The notes below the pieces were generated by a model. The model made no database searches, had not been told where the DNA came from, and saw only the letters and a program-made list of their open reading frames with translations. A stretch of DNA of 64,000 bases. It comes from an uncultured delta proteobacterium (GTDB taxonomy: Bacteria > Desulfobacterota > WTBG01 > JAGOGO01). Location of the stretch: positions 20,511 through 84,510 of the forward strand of contig CAVSIB010000016.1 in NCBI GenBank assembly GCA_963727835.1. Direction: 5' to 3'. Shown piece after piece: positions 39,181-49,550 of the stretch (position 1 is the first letter of the stretch; every line of letters starts with the position of its first letter). The position numbers and the translations under genes are program-made.

Positions 39181-40645
39181 TTAGTTTTTCTTAATGGTTG
39201 GTGAAATCCCGATAGGTTTTGTGGGAAGCGTAACGGTAAACGTGGTCCCCTGATGTAACTGACTTTTTACGTCAATGGTTCCGTGATGAGCCTTTACAAT
39301 CCATTGACAAATACTTAAGCCAAGACCTACTCCGCCCGATAGCCGGGAGCGGGATGTATCTACCCGGTAAAATCGGTCGAATATATGGGGTAAATCATCG
39401 CTGGGTATTCCTATGCCCGTGTCTTTTAGGACAACTGTTACCTGGCCTTTTCCCGGTTGTACTAGCAGGCTAATATTCCCTCCATTAGGGGTATATTTTA
39501 TGGCATTATCAATGAGGTTGCTGAAAAGCTGTTTCAGCTTTATACTGTCGAAATTTATCAGTACCTCCTCGGGTGCCGAAAGGGTAAAACTAATTTTTTT
39601 CTGCATTACCACAATATTGAAGGCCTCATAGAGTTCTTTAAGCAGTTCGGAAAAATTTAGATTTTCAATCTTGAGGCTTGCCTTGCCTTCGTCTGCTTGA
39701 GAGAGAATGAGGAGATCATTAACGAGCTTGATCAAGAAATCAAGCCGTTCGAGGTTATTAGTCAGAGCCTCTTGGTAGTCTTCTGAAGACCGTTTTCGAG
39801 AAAGCAAAACTTCAGTCTCCCCCTTAAGCGAAGCGAGCGGCGTGCGCAACTCATGGGCGGCATCACCAGTAAACCGGGAGAGTTTTTCAAAAGATTCTTC
39901 CAGACGTTCCATCATCTGATTGATAGTCGTGACCAGCCTATCCAGATCATCGCCAGTCCCTTGGAGGGGTAGTCGTTCGCTCAGGTTGTTGGCCGTTATT
40001 CGTTTGGTAGCTTCCGTTATTTTATCAATAGGCTTCAGGGATTTGCCGGGATAAGAACCACCCCCCGATGGAGCCAAAAAACAAAGCCAGAAAAAATGCG
40101 ATAAAAAGATGTTCCCGAAAATTTTCGATGCTTTTGCGCATGGTGCGGAGATGGGTTGCGATTTGAACAACATATTTTAATTCCCCACCTTCCCTATAAA
40201 AATAAGTGCAGAGGCGAAAAGGGGTTGTCCCGTGGTGATAAACATTCAATGTTGTATTAATAGGTTTTTGATAACTAACATGATCTAAAAAAACTTTGGG
40301 GAAAGAAAGATCCGACAATGTTGCGGAGGAAAAAATGATCTTACCTTTTTGATCGAGCACCCGGAAAGCGATCGGGTAATACCTGTGATTAGAAACAACC
40401 TTCTCATAGTCTTTTAACTGATCATTGAAACTTCCTGATTTTTTAATTCCCTCCTTTATGATTTCTTGCGCCTCATCCGCAAGCATCCGGTCAATCTCCT
40501 TAAGGAGATTCCGACGAAGGCGATAGTCTAAAAATCCAAAGATGAGAATTATAATGGTCAAGAACGTTATCGTGTACCATAACGCCATCCTTACATCGAG
40601 TCGTTGATAAAACCTAATCCTTCTCTTTAAAAACATAACCAACAC
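39181..40645 (-). CDS. Sensor histidine kinase (2 TM + periplasmic loop, HisKA, HATPase_c), one frameshift
   Basis: The N-terminal ORF (40025-40645) has two TM helices flanking a ~150-aa loop. The C-terminal ORF (39181-40173) has H-box AAHELRTPL and the N/G1/G2 boxes (NLIDNAIKYT, DTGIGI, GGVGLGLSI). A C6 run at 40061-40066 sits in the 40025-40173 overlap. Confidence 0.8.
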
Positions 40646-41288
40646 CCTTAACAGTATGAATTAGTTTCGGAGAGAAGTCGTTGTCAATTTTGGAGCGGAG
40701 ATGATTTATATGAACATCAATTACATTGGTCATGGTGTCAAAATTATAATTCCAGATGTGCTCAGAAAGCATGGTGCGAGTTAGCACCTGGTCAGGATTC
40801 TTCATAAAATATTCGAGTAAAGCGTATTCTTTTGGGGTAAGGTCAATAAGAGCATCCCCCCGCCGGACCTCACGGCTGATTTGATTCAAACTTAAATCAG
40901 CATACTGTAAAGTTGGAGATACTACCTCTTTGCCCCGACGCAGTATAGCCCTTATTCGCGCCAACAGTTCATAGAAAGAAAAGGGCTTAACGATATAATC
41001 GTCAGCCCCTAAATTTAATCCATTCACTATACTTCCTTCGGAATCTTTTGCAGTGAGAAATATGACTGGAGTAGTATTTCCCCTTTCTCTTAAATGAAGA
41101 AGAATTTTATCCCCGCTCAAAAGAGGGAGCATAATGTCCAAGATAATGAGGTCATAATTTTCTTGGGTTGCCAAATGAAGACCATCTTCGCCATTTTCCG
41201 CAATGTCCACGCTAAAAGAGTTTTCTTTTAACCCTTTTTCGATAAAACGGGCCACATTTTTATCGTCTTCGACTAATAAAATTTTCAC
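40614..41288 (-). CDS. OmpR/PhoB-family response regulator (PmrA/BasR-like)
   Basis: MKILLVEDD...DLIILDIMLP..SG...PVIFLTAKD...GADDYIVKPFSFYELLARIRAILRR, plus a winged-helix C-terminus (TPKEYALLEYF...VKGVGYVF). Confidence 0.9.
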   Translation of the reverse strand: MKILLVEDDKNVARFIEKGLKENSFSVDIAENGEDGLHLATQENYDLIILDIMLPLLSGDKILLHLRERGNTTPVIFLTAKDSEGSIVNGLNLGADDYIVKPFSFYELLARIRAILRRGKEVVSPTLQYADLSLNQISREVRRGDALIDLTPKEYALLEYFMKNPDQVLTRTMLSEHIWNYNFDTMTNVIDVHINHLRSKIDNDFSPKLIHTVKGVGYVFKEKD

Positions 41289-41297
41289 AATACCCGC

Positions 41298-42224
41298 CTA
41301 ATTGGTCCCCAGTATTTCTCTTGCCTCAGATACGTCATTGGCTATCTGTGCCATAAGCTCATCCGAAGATGCAAAAGTTTTTTCCTTTCTAATGCGTGCG
41401 ACAAAAGAAATTTCTATTTCTTTTCCATAGAGGTCTCGATTAAAATCAAGAATATGAACTTCAAGGGAAAGCCCCTGCCCAGAGAATGTAGGATTATATC
41501 CGATATTCATCGCCCCGGGAAATTGATTGTTCTCACATTTTACCCAGACGGCATACACGCCAACCCCTGGGTGAAGAGCTTTATTGGGCCTTATATTTGC
41601 CGTCGGATACCCGAGGGTTATCCCTCGTCCTCTTCCTTTTATTACCTGGCCAGTAATACTATAGTCTCTGCCGAGAAGGCGATGAGCGACCTCTACTTTT
41701 CCCATTTGAATAAATTCTCGAATTTTACTGCTTTTTACTATGATGTTGTCCTTAATCTGTGATTCAATAATTTTAACCCGAAAATTGAGACTTTTACCCA
41801 TCGTTGTGAGAAAATAAATATTTCCCTGACGCTTACTCCCAAAAGTGTAATCCTCCCCCACAAAGATCTCTTTTGTTCCGATTTTCCCCCAGAGAATATT
41901 TTTAACGAATTCTTCAGCCGTGAGCCGAGAAAATTCTAAAGTAAAAGGCTCACAAATTACTACATCAATACCAGCCTTCTCAATAAGTTTTAATTTTTCC
42001 TCTAATGTGGTAATATTTAAAAATTGTCTTCCCCGTGTCAGCACGGAGAGAGGATGAGGATGAAAAGTGTAGACCAAAGAAGTCCCTTGTATCTCTTTTG
42101 CCCTTTCTCGTATGCGAGAAAAGATTTCCTGATGACCCAAGTGGACTCCATCAAAATTGCCCAAGGTCACAACCGGGTTCAAAAATTTTTGGTTTAGATC
42201 TTTATAACCTTCAAAGACTTCCAT
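41298..42224 (-). CDS. ribF: Bifunctional riboflavin kinase / FMN adenylyltransferase
   Basis: VVTLGNFDGVHLGHQEIF (FAD synthetase) plus the C-terminal riboflavin kinase region (GRGRGITLGYPTANI...GVYAVWV). Confidence 0.9.
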   Translation of the reverse strand: MEVFEGYKDLNQKFLNPVVTLGNFDGVHLGHQEIFSRIRERAKEIQGTSLVYTFHPHPLSVLTRGRQFLNITTLEEKLKLIEKAGIDVVICEPFTLEFSRLTAEEFVKNILWGKIGTKEIFVGEDYTFGSKRQGNIYFLTTMGKSLNFRVKIIESQIKDNIIVKSSKIREFIQMGKVEVAHRLLGRDYSITGQVIKGRGRGITLGYPTANIRPNKALHPGVGVYAVWVKCENNQFPGAMNIGYNPTFSGQGLSLEVHILDFNRDLYGKEIEISFVARIRKEKTFASSDELMAQIANDVSEAREILGTN

Positions 42225-42262
42225 ATCTTTTTAAAGTTCAAAAACTTACGGGTAGATACCGC

Positions 42263-42291
42263 TTGACTATCGAAGCTTACTATTATAAAAT
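42263..42291 (+). promoter_or_regulatory. Sigma70-like promoter for tRNA-Leu: -35 TTGACT (42263-42268), 17-bp spacer, -10 TAAAAT (42286-42291)
   Basis: Near-consensus hexamers at canonical spacing, ~18 nt upstream of the tRNA 5' end. Confidence 0.5.
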
Positions 42292-42308
42292 TTCTCCTAA
42301 AAAGAAAC

Positions 42309-42393
42309 TGCCGAAGTGGCGGAATTGGCAGACGCGCTAGGTTCAGGGTCTAGTGAGGGTAGCCTCGTAGGGGTTCAAATCCCCTCTTCGGCA
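42309..42393 (+). tRNA. tRNA-Leu (anticodon CAG), class II with long variable arm
   Basis: GCCGAAG...CTTCGGC acceptor stem with discriminator A, D-arm GCGGAATTGGCAGACGC, anticodon stem-loop CTAGG-TTCAGGG-TCTAG (anticodon CAG), a long variable arm and T-arm GGGGTTCAAATCCCC. Confidence 0.85.
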
Positions 42394-42673
42394 TGGTAAA
42401 CTTTCCGATAGTTAATTTTTTTCGTTCTTCTGAAAAATATCTTTTTTCCTCCATGCAAAAGAAAGAAGGTTTACTTTACTCCTTTTTTTAATTTTTTTCT
42501 ATACTCTTGACATTATTTTTATATTAGATTAAAAAGTTACCGATCAAAAAATGGCTAAGGCCATTTAAATTTTAGAGGTTGATAAATAAGTATTAAGATA
42601 TCTAAAAAGATATAGAAGAAAATAAAGAGCACAACGTAATAGATAAGATTTCAGAAGTAAAGGAGAAATTAAG

Positions 42674-42928
42674 ATGGCGCATAAAAAAGGACAGGGTAGC
42701 TCCCGAAATGGTCGCGACAGTCAAAGCCAGAGGTTTGGAGTTAAACGCTTTGGCGGCCAATCAGTACTCGCCGGAAATATCCTGGCTCGCCAGGTGGGCA
42801 CTAAATGGCATCCTGGGAACAATGTTGGGTTGGGAAAAGACTTCACTCTCTTTGCCAAAATTGATGGAAAAGTAAAATTTGAAAGACTTGGCCGAGACCG
42901 AATAAAAGTAAGTGTTTATGCTAACTAA
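42674..42928 (+). CDS. rpmA: 50S ribosomal protein L27
   Basis: [57 protein letters not shown] is the L27 signature. Confidence 0.95.
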   Translation: MAHKKGQGSSRNGRDSQSQRFGVKRFGGQSVLAGNILARQVGTKWHPGNNVGLGKDFTLFAKIDGKVKFERLGRDRIKVSVYAN

Positions 42929-42944
42929 CCAATCTTACAAATAA

Positions 42945-43949
42945 ATGCGGTTCGTAGATGAAGCCAAGATCTGGGTACAGTCAGGCGATGGAGGTCGCGG
43001 TTGTGTAAGCTTTCGCCGTGAAAAATTTGTTCCTCGAGGCGGTCCTGATGGCGGCAATGGAGGAAAAGGTGGGGATGTAATTTTAGTTGCCTCCAACAAA
43101 CACCCAACCCTGTTGGATATCGCTCTTCAGCAGCATTACCGGGCTAAGCGGGGACAACACGGAAAAGGTAAGCTGCAGCAAGGCAAACAAGGTGAAGACC
43201 GTGAGATTTTTGTTCCCTTAGGAACAATAGTGCGAGATAGTCAAACAAACAACATTCTCAAAGATTTAGTTTCAGAGGGAGAACGCTTTATCGTTGTCCG
43301 AGGCGGAAGAGGTGGACGAGGCAATGCTTCTTTTAAGTCTTCTACCAACCAGGCGCCCAGAACAGCTCAAGAAGGGCAGAAGGGTGAAACTGCGTGGCTT
43401 AAGCTGGAACTTAAACTTTTAGCTGATGTCGGGATTATTGGCCTACCCAATGCAGGAAAATCAACGCTCATTTCTAACATATCTTCAGCCCATCCCAAAA
43501 TTGCTGATTATCCTTTCACTACGTTAACTCCTAACCTGGGGGTGGTACAGGGTAAAAATTTTGAAAATTTTGTGGTAGCTGATATTCCGGGACTCGTTAA
43601 GGGTGCTCACACCGGATCAGGCCTTGGGCTTAAGTTCCTCAAACATATCGAAAGAACAAACCTTTTAATATATTTACTTGATGCGAGTCTTATGGATGGT
43701 GATGATCCAGGAAGAGATTACACCATTATTCTTAATGAGTTAGAAAGCTATAATCCTATCCTTTTGAAAAAACCGCGAATTATCGCCTTGAATAAGTTGG
43801 ATTTACTTTCCCCACCCGTGCTTCCTGATGCCATCGAGTCTTATTACAAAAAACTTTCCGTCCCTTTTGTTTCTCTTTCTGCCCTTACGGGAGAAGGAAT
43901 AAAAAAATTACTAACCCTGGTAAAAAGCACGTTAAAGCAAAAGCCATGA
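42945..43949 (+). CDS. obg: GTPase Obg/CgtA
   Basis: MRFVDEAKIWVQSGDGGRGCVSFRREKF.PRGGPDGGNGGKGGDVIL (Obg fold) followed by the G-domain GLPNAGKSTL...DIPGL. Confidence 0.95.
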   Translation: MRFVDEAKIWVQSGDGGRGCVSFRREKFVPRGGPDGGNGGKGGDVILVASNKHPTLLDIALQQHYRAKRGQHGKGKLQQGKQGEDREIFVPLGTIVRDSQTNNILKDLVSEGERFIVVRGGRGGRGNASFKSSTNQAPRTAQEGQKGETAWLKLELKLLADVGIIGLPNAGKSTLISNISSAHPKIADYPFTTLTPNLGVVQGKNFENFVVADIPGLVKGAHTGSGLGLKFLKHIERTNLLIYLLDASLMDGDDPGRDYTIILNELESYNPILLKKPRIIALNKLDLLSPPVLPDAIESYYKKLSVPFVSLSALTGEGIKKLLTLVKSTLKQKP

Positions 43950-45082
43950 CCACTGATAACCTGCGCGCGGAAATAATTAAAAAAGTTCGAAGAGTAGTCA
44001 TCAAGATTGGAAGCAGCATCTTGACTGATTCCGCAATCACCATTAATTTTAATGCGTTTGCCAGTATTGTTGATCAAATTGCCTGGATCAAAGAGCATGG
44101 GATTGAACCGGTCATTGTCTCTTCGGGCGCTATTGCGATCGGTATGCAAAAAATAGGTCTCAAACAACTGCCCAAAAGCATTCCTCTTAAGCAAGCGGCA
44201 GCTGCGGTTGGGCAGTCCGGTTTAATGGAAAATTATGAGCGGTTTTTTAAAGAAAAGAATTTAAAAATCGGCCAGGTTCTGCTTACCAACCTAATTCTCA
44301 AAGAACGCCCCTTGTTTTTAAATGCCCGTAATACCCTTTTTGCCTTGCTTGAATTGGGAATCATCCCGATTATTAATGAAAATGATTCGGTCGTAGTCGA
44401 TGAAATTAAACTTGGGGATAATGATAACTTAGCCACCATTACCACGAACTTAGTTGAAGCCGATCTCCTTATTATTCTCACAGATCAGGATGGGCTGTTT
44501 GAGGCTGATCCCCAAACATATAAGGATGCCCGATTGATTCCCTTGGTAAAAAAAATTGATAAAAAACTTGAATCCTTAGCAAGCACAAGAAAAAGCGCCT
44601 ACGGGGTGGGCGGAATGGAAACAAAACTTGCTGCCGCAAAAAATGCCACCACCTACGGAATTCCTGTTGTTATGGCGAATGGCCGGGTCCATGGTATCCT
44701 GGAAGCAATTTTTCAGGGAAAAGAGGTCGGCACCCTTTTTCTTCCTCAAACATCAAAGCTCAAGAGCCGAAAGCACTGGATCGCCTTTACTCTCAAGCCC
44801 AAGGGTAAAATCTTTATCGATCATGGGGCAGAGGAAGCAATTCTCAAAAAAGGAAAGAGCCTTTTAGCCATCGGAATCACTAAAGCAGAAGGCGAGTTTC
44901 AGTTTGGCGATTCAGTGAGCATCCTGAATCAACACCAGCACGAGATTGCCCGCGGACTGGTAAATTATGGTTCTTTAGAGATTAAAAGGATCAAGGGAGC
45001 ACCAACCAAGGAGATTGAACGAATATTGGGTTATAAATATTATGATGAGGTCATCAACCGGGATGATCTGGTTGTTTTATAA
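43946..45082 (+). CDS. proB: Glutamate 5-kinase (with C-terminal PUA domain)
   Basis: RVVIKIGSSILTD..., an amino-acid-kinase fold and a C-terminal PUA region. Adjacent to proA. Confidence 0.9.
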   Translation: MTTDNLRAEIIKKVRRVVIKIGSSILTDSAITINFNAFASIVDQIAWIKEHGIEPVIVSSGAIAIGMQKIGLKQLPKSIPLKQAAAAVGQSGLMENYERFFKEKNLKIGQVLLTNLILKERPLFLNARNTLFALLELGIIPIINENDSVVVDEIKLGDNDNLATITTNLVEADLLIILTDQDGLFEADPQTYKDARLIPLVKKIDKKLESLASTRKSAYGVGGMETKLAAAKNATTYGIPVVMANGRVHGILEAIFQGKEVGTLFLPQTSKLKSRKHWIAFTLKPKGKIFIDHGAEEAILKKGKSLLAIGITKAEGEFQFGDSVSILNQHQHEIARGLVNYGSLEIKRIKGAPTKEIERILGYKYYDEVINRDDLVVL

Positions 45083-45093
45083 GGAACAATTCT

Positions 45094-46353
45094 ATGACGT
45101 CTATTCAAGAACAAGTCCTCACTATTGCTCAAGGCGCAAAAAAGGCTTCGCGCATTGTTGGCCGTCTTTCCACCGAGAAAAAAAATAAAGCCTTATGTCG
45201 GATGGCAGAGGCGCTTATTGACAATGCTGCCCGATTAAAAGAAGAAAACAGTAAAGATGTAAGCCTTGCTCAAAAAAGTGCTTTAAGCAGCGCGCTTATT
45301 GACCGGCTCTTGATCACCGATAAAACCATAACAGAAATGGCTTCAGGATTACGAGAGGTGGCGAACCTTCCTGACCCGGTGGGAGAAGTGACCGGAATGT
45401 GGCGAAGGCCAAATAATCTTTTGGTAGGAAGGATGCGGATCCCGCTCGGGGTAATCGGAATAATTTATGAGGCCCGGCCAAATGTTACTGCGGACGCAGC
45501 CGGACTTTGTTTAAAATCAGGCAATGCCGTTATTTTGCGAGGAGGGTCCGAAGCGTTTCACTCAAACGTTTTCATAGCCGATATCCTCCAAAAAGAAGCT
45601 GAGAAAGAAGGGATCCCGCGCGAGGCTATTTCATTTCTTCCGATTACTGACCGGGAAGCGGTGTATGAGCTTTTACAATTAGAAGATCTGATTGATGTAA
45701 TTATCCCGCGGGGAGGAGAAGAACTTATCCGCGCAGTAGTGGAAAAATCAAAGATCCCCGTCATAAAGCACTATAAAGGCACCTGCCATATTTTTATCGA
45801 TCGCACAGCAGATTGTGAGATGAGTGAAAAAATCGTTCTTAATGCGAAATGTCAGAGACCCGGAGTCTGTAATGCCGTTGAAACTCTTTTGGTTCATCAG
45901 GATATTGCCCCCCAAATTCTTCCCCTCCTTATTTCACAGCTCCAGAAAGCGGGAGTGGAAATTCGAGGATGTTCTCAAACCCTAACCCTTGTGCCGGATT
46001 TAAACAAAGCCACAGAAGACGACTGGTACGCCGAATACTTAGCTCTCATTTTAGCAGTCAAGATAGTAAAAAATATTGACGAGGCAATTGAACATATTGA
46101 AACCTATGGCTCCCTCCATACGGAAACAATCATTACCCAATCCTATGAAAATTCCCAGAAATTCCTTAAAGAGGTGAATTCTTCAACGGTATTGGTCAAT
46201 GCCTCCACTCGTTTTAGCGATGGATTTCAGCTCGGCTTGGGTGCGGAAGTAGGAATCAGCACTACCAAGCTCCATGCCTTCGGGCCCATGGGGCTTAAAG
46301 AACTTACAACCACTAAATTTATTGTCTTTGGAGAAGGACAGGTTCGAGAGTAA
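45094..46353 (+). CDS. proA: Gamma-glutamyl phosphate reductase
   Basis: Aldehyde-dehydrogenase-family protein of ~419 aa with GKTCHIFID..CNAVETLLVH. Position after proB. Confidence 0.9.
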   Translation: MTSIQEQVLTIAQGAKKASRIVGRLSTEKKNKALCRMAEALIDNAARLKEENSKDVSLAQKSALSSALIDRLLITDKTITEMASGLREVANLPDPVGEVTGMWRRPNNLLVGRMRIPLGVIGIIYEARPNVTADAAGLCLKSGNAVILRGGSEAFHSNVFIADILQKEAEKEGIPREAISFLPITDREAVYELLQLEDLIDVIIPRGGEELIRAVVEKSKIPVIKHYKGTCHIFIDRTADCEMSEKIVLNAKCQRPGVCNAVETLLVHQDIAPQILPLLISQLQKAGVEIRGCSQTLTLVPDLNKATEDDWYAEYLALILAVKIVKNIDEAIEHIETYGSLHTETIITQSYENSQKFLKEVNSSTVLVNASTRFSDGFQLGLGAEVGISTTKLHAFGPMGLKELTTTKFIVFGEGQVRE

Positions 46354-46480
46354 ATCTGAATTTAAGGGGTTACTGAAAAAGACGATCTCTTGTTATTACC
46401 CCCATAACGGGGGGACAAAAAATTTTCGCACGCTACCACGCAAAAAACAAAGAATGATTTTGAAAGCAAAAGAAAACGAC

Positions 46481-47161
46481 ATGGAGAAAACAGAGGAATT
46501 AGAAACCGCACAGGAGCGGATCGGCCTTTTTGGTGGAACCTTCAGTCCCATTCACTTCGGTCATCTTCGAGCATCTGAAGAAGTCCAAGAGTTCTTTCAT
46601 CTGGATAAAATTATTTTCATCCCCGCTCGAATTCCGCCCCATAAAACGGAAAAAACAATTGTTGCCCCGGAACATCGTTTAAACATGGTTAAACTGGCTA
46701 TCCAAGACAATCCTTGTTTTGAAATCTCTGACTTTGAGATCCAAAGAAATTCGAAATCTTATTCAATCATAACCATCGAGCATTTTCAAAAAAAACTGGG
46801 CTTTGATACTTCTCTTTTTTTCTTAATGGGCATGGATGCTTTTCTCGAAATCAATACCTGGAAAGACTTTGCCCGATTGTTTTTTCTGACAAATTTTATT
46901 ATTATGTCGCGGCCTGGGTATCCCAAAAAAGCAAGCGCTGATCTGCTTCCCATTGACGGAAATAAAAATTTTGCTTATAATTCTGATGGAAATTACTATA
47001 TTCATTCATCAGGCCATAAACTGTTTTTTCAAGCAATAACATTGTTAGATTTTTCATCCCGGGCAATTCGAAGCCGATTAAAAGGCAAGCGGTCAATCCG
47101 TTATTTAGTGCCGCCGGTAATTGAGCATTACATAAAAAAACATGGCCTTTATCAGGATTAG
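46481..47161 (+). CDS. nadD: Nicotinate-nucleotide adenylyltransferase
   Basis: RIGLFGGTFSPIHFGHL...FIPARIPPHK (HxGH-type nucleotidyltransferase). Start uncertain (ATG 46454 or 46481); the ORF extends 5' into proA. Confidence 0.85.
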   Translation: MEKTEELETAQERIGLFGGTFSPIHFGHLRASEEVQEFFHLDKIIFIPARIPPHKTEKTIVAPEHRLNMVKLAIQDNPCFEISDFEIQRNSKSYSIITIEHFQKKLGFDTSLFFLMGMDAFLEINTWKDFARLFFLTNFIIMSRPGYPKKASADLLPIDGNKNFAYNSDGNYYIHSSGHKLFFQAITLLDFSSRAIRSRLKGKRSIRYLVPPVIEHYIKKHGLYQD

Positions 47162-47167
47162 CTTTTT

Positions 47168-47629
47168 TTGTATAAAAACAAGTTGTGTGAGATTAAAAAA
47201 CAAAACAAATTAAAGGAGGGAACTATTCCAAAAACGAAACTCGCAAAAGATCCCAAAGAAAAATTTCCTCTCTGCGTTCAAAGCGCCCTCGATAAAAAAG
47301 CAAAAAAATTGGTCGTTTTAAAAGTTGCAGAGATTTCATCATTTGCTGATTATTTTCTTATTTGTCACGGAGATTCAAGCCGACAGGTTCAAGGGATCGC
47401 CAGAAATATTGAAGAAAAGTTGAAAAAAACAGGCATTGCCCCTCTCGGCATTGAAGGTTATCAAGAAGGCAACTGGATACTCATGGATTATGGCGATGTT
47501 ATCATTCATATCTTTCAAAAACCGGTCAGGGAGTTCTATGACCTTGAACGCCTTTGGGTTGATGCCCCCCGGCTTGACATGGACGAAGAGAAACCAATTA
47601 CCACGCTTTTGGACTGGTGGGGTAGCTAA
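47168..47629 (+). CDS. rsfS: Ribosomal silencing factor RsfS (Iojap-like), with N-terminal extension
   Basis: LVVLKVAEISSFADYFLICHGDSSRQVQGIARNIEEKL...ILMDYGDVIIHIFQKPVREFYDLERLW. The start codon is uncertain (TTG at 47168). Confidence 0.85.
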   Translation: MYKNKLCEIKKQNKLKEGTIPKTKLAKDPKEKFPLCVQSALDKKAKKLVVLKVAEISSFADYFLICHGDSSRQVQGIARNIEEKLKKTGIAPLGIEGYQEGNWILMDYGDVIIHIFQKPVREFYDLERLWVDAPRLDMDEEKPITTLLDWWGS

Positions 47630-48353
47630 AGTAATCTCCTTAGCGCTCAACTTCCTGTTTCCCCCAGTTTGTTTACTCTGTGGCTCTAAGGACTTATACC
47701 AAGCAGGGTGCCTTATATGTAAAGATTACTTCAATTCAATTTCTTTTATTTCCCACCCCGTTTGTGTGCGCTGTGGTAAGCCATTTTTGACTGAAACGAC
47801 TCGTGATCATGTCTGTGGCAATTGTTTAACTCAAGAACCTTCCTTCAATCTCGTCCGCGCGCTCGGCAGATAGGAAGGCGCTCTGGAGACAATCATTTAT
47901 AAGCTTAAATATAGACAGAAATTTTCCATGGTGAATCTTTTTAACTTCCTACTTGATCATATGCACAACCACGCGATTACCTTTTCCTCCTACGATCTTC
48001 TGATACCCGTACCGCTCCATAGGAGTCGTCTTCGGCAAAGAGGATTTCACCAGACAGTAATTTTAGAAAATATCCTTAAGAAAAAATATCACCTGTCCTT
48101 GCACACCACTATCCTGCAAAGGATAGCACAGACCCTGCCTCAGGTAGCCCTACCCGTTAAAGCAAGAAAAGTTAATATACGAAACGCTTTTAAGGTTAAA
48201 GAGCCACGATCCGTTGAAGGGAAAGCTATTCTCCTTCTTGATGATGTGTACACAACGGGAGCGACGATGAATGAACGTGCCCGGATTTTGAAAAAAATCC
48301 GGCGCTTCCCGAGTAGATGGATTTGTTTATCGCCCGCGCAGTATAGAGGATAA
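47559..48353 (+). pseudogene. comF: ComF-family (ComFC) phosphoribosyltransferase-domain protein interrupted by an in-frame TAG (47871-47873)
   Basis: LFPPVCLLCG...CKDYF...HPVCVRCGKPF...HVCGNCL (Zn-finger N-terminus) then *EGALETIIYKLKYRQKF... and the PRTase motif ILLLDDVYTTGATM, all in one frame. The stop replaces the residue normally Tyr before the conserved E-G. Confidence 0.75.
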
Positions 48354-48356
48354 GAA

Positions 48357-49331
48357 ATGAACATTGAGTCGGTTTACAGGATGATCGCTCGAGACCTTCA
48401 AGCAGTAGAACGAGAGCTGGATAAAAACATTCAATCGAAAATAGCTCTGGTCCCAACCATGGGGAGGTATATTCTTAATAGTGGAGGCAAGCGTTTTCGT
48501 CCTTTGCTCCTTATCTTGTCCGCCCGGTTGTGCGGATATAAAGGCAAGGGACACATCCAACTCGCCTGTATTTTGGAATTTATTCACACTGCCACGCTTC
48601 TCCATGACGATGTGGTCGATAACGCGAATATCCGGAGAGGAAATACGTCAGCGAACACGTTATGGGGAAACCAGGCAAGCATCCTCATCGGAGATTTATT
48701 TTTTGCTCAGTCATTTTCCCTGATCGCCCAAACCCGGAATTGGCGGGTACTTAAGGTATTGACGGGAGCAACCACAAAATTAGCGCAAGGGGAAGTATTA
48801 GATTTGGTGCAAGAAAGCGATCTTGCTTGTGATGAGGCAGGATATTTAGCCACGATTACCTATAAAACTGCGAGTTTGATCAAAGCCGCCTGCCACATCG
48901 GCGCTATTTTAGGAAATGTGGATCAAAAAAAAGAAAAGGCCATGAAGAATTTCGGTAACAATCTTGGTGTTGCCTATCAGCTTATGGATGACACTCTGGA
49001 TTATGTTTCAACCGAAGAAGAGTTTGGAAAAACAATCGGAAAAGACCTGGAAGAAGGGAAAATTACCCTCCCGCTTATTTACACCTTACAGAAATGCGCT
49101 CCCGAAGATCGGGGGTTTATTATTTCTGCCTTAAAAAAAGAAAAATTAACCAAAAAGCTCCTTACGAAAATTCTGCATTTAATAAAGCACTATCAGGGAT
49201 TAGAATATACGGCACAAAGAGCAAGAGAGTACGCGCTTAAAGCAAAAAAAGAACTAAAAAGCTTTCTCCCTTCTCTTGAAAAGGAAGCGTTGATGGCAAT
49301 GGCTGATTATGTAGTAGACCGTCGTCACTAA
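48357..49331 (+). CDS. ispB: Polyprenyl (octaprenyl/heptaprenyl) diphosphate synthase
   Basis: First DDxxD motif LLHDDVVDNANIRRG and second DD motif QLMDDTLDY, in a trans-IPPS fold. Confidence 0.9.
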   Translation: MNIESVYRMIARDLQAVERELDKNIQSKIALVPTMGRYILNSGGKRFRPLLLILSARLCGYKGKGHIQLACILEFIHTATLLHDDVVDNANIRRGNTSANTLWGNQASILIGDLFFAQSFSLIAQTRNWRVLKVLTGATTKLAQGEVLDLVQESDLACDEAGYLATITYKTASLIKAACHIGAILGNVDQKKEKAMKNFGNNLGVAYQLMDDTLDYVSTEEEFGKTIGKDLEEGKITLPLIYTLQKCAPEDRGFIISALKKEKLTKKLLTKILHLIKHYQGLEYTAQRAREYALKAKKELKSFLPSLEKEALMAMADYVVDRRH

Positions 49332-49550
49332 TGAAGCCCTTGCCACAGGCCAGAGCCAGCAACACTTTTGCTCTTGGGGAAAGAGGAGGGAAGACATCAC
49401 GTGTTGAGATGGTTATCATCTTAAATTATTCTCCAACAACCATCGGGGAGAAGGATCTCATTTAAATTGTCCCACAGTTTCTTTCTCTCCCTCTTTCTCG
49501 ATCGTAAGCGAGAATGAGATTCTGGGAAAAACCTCGAAAAAAGAATACCA

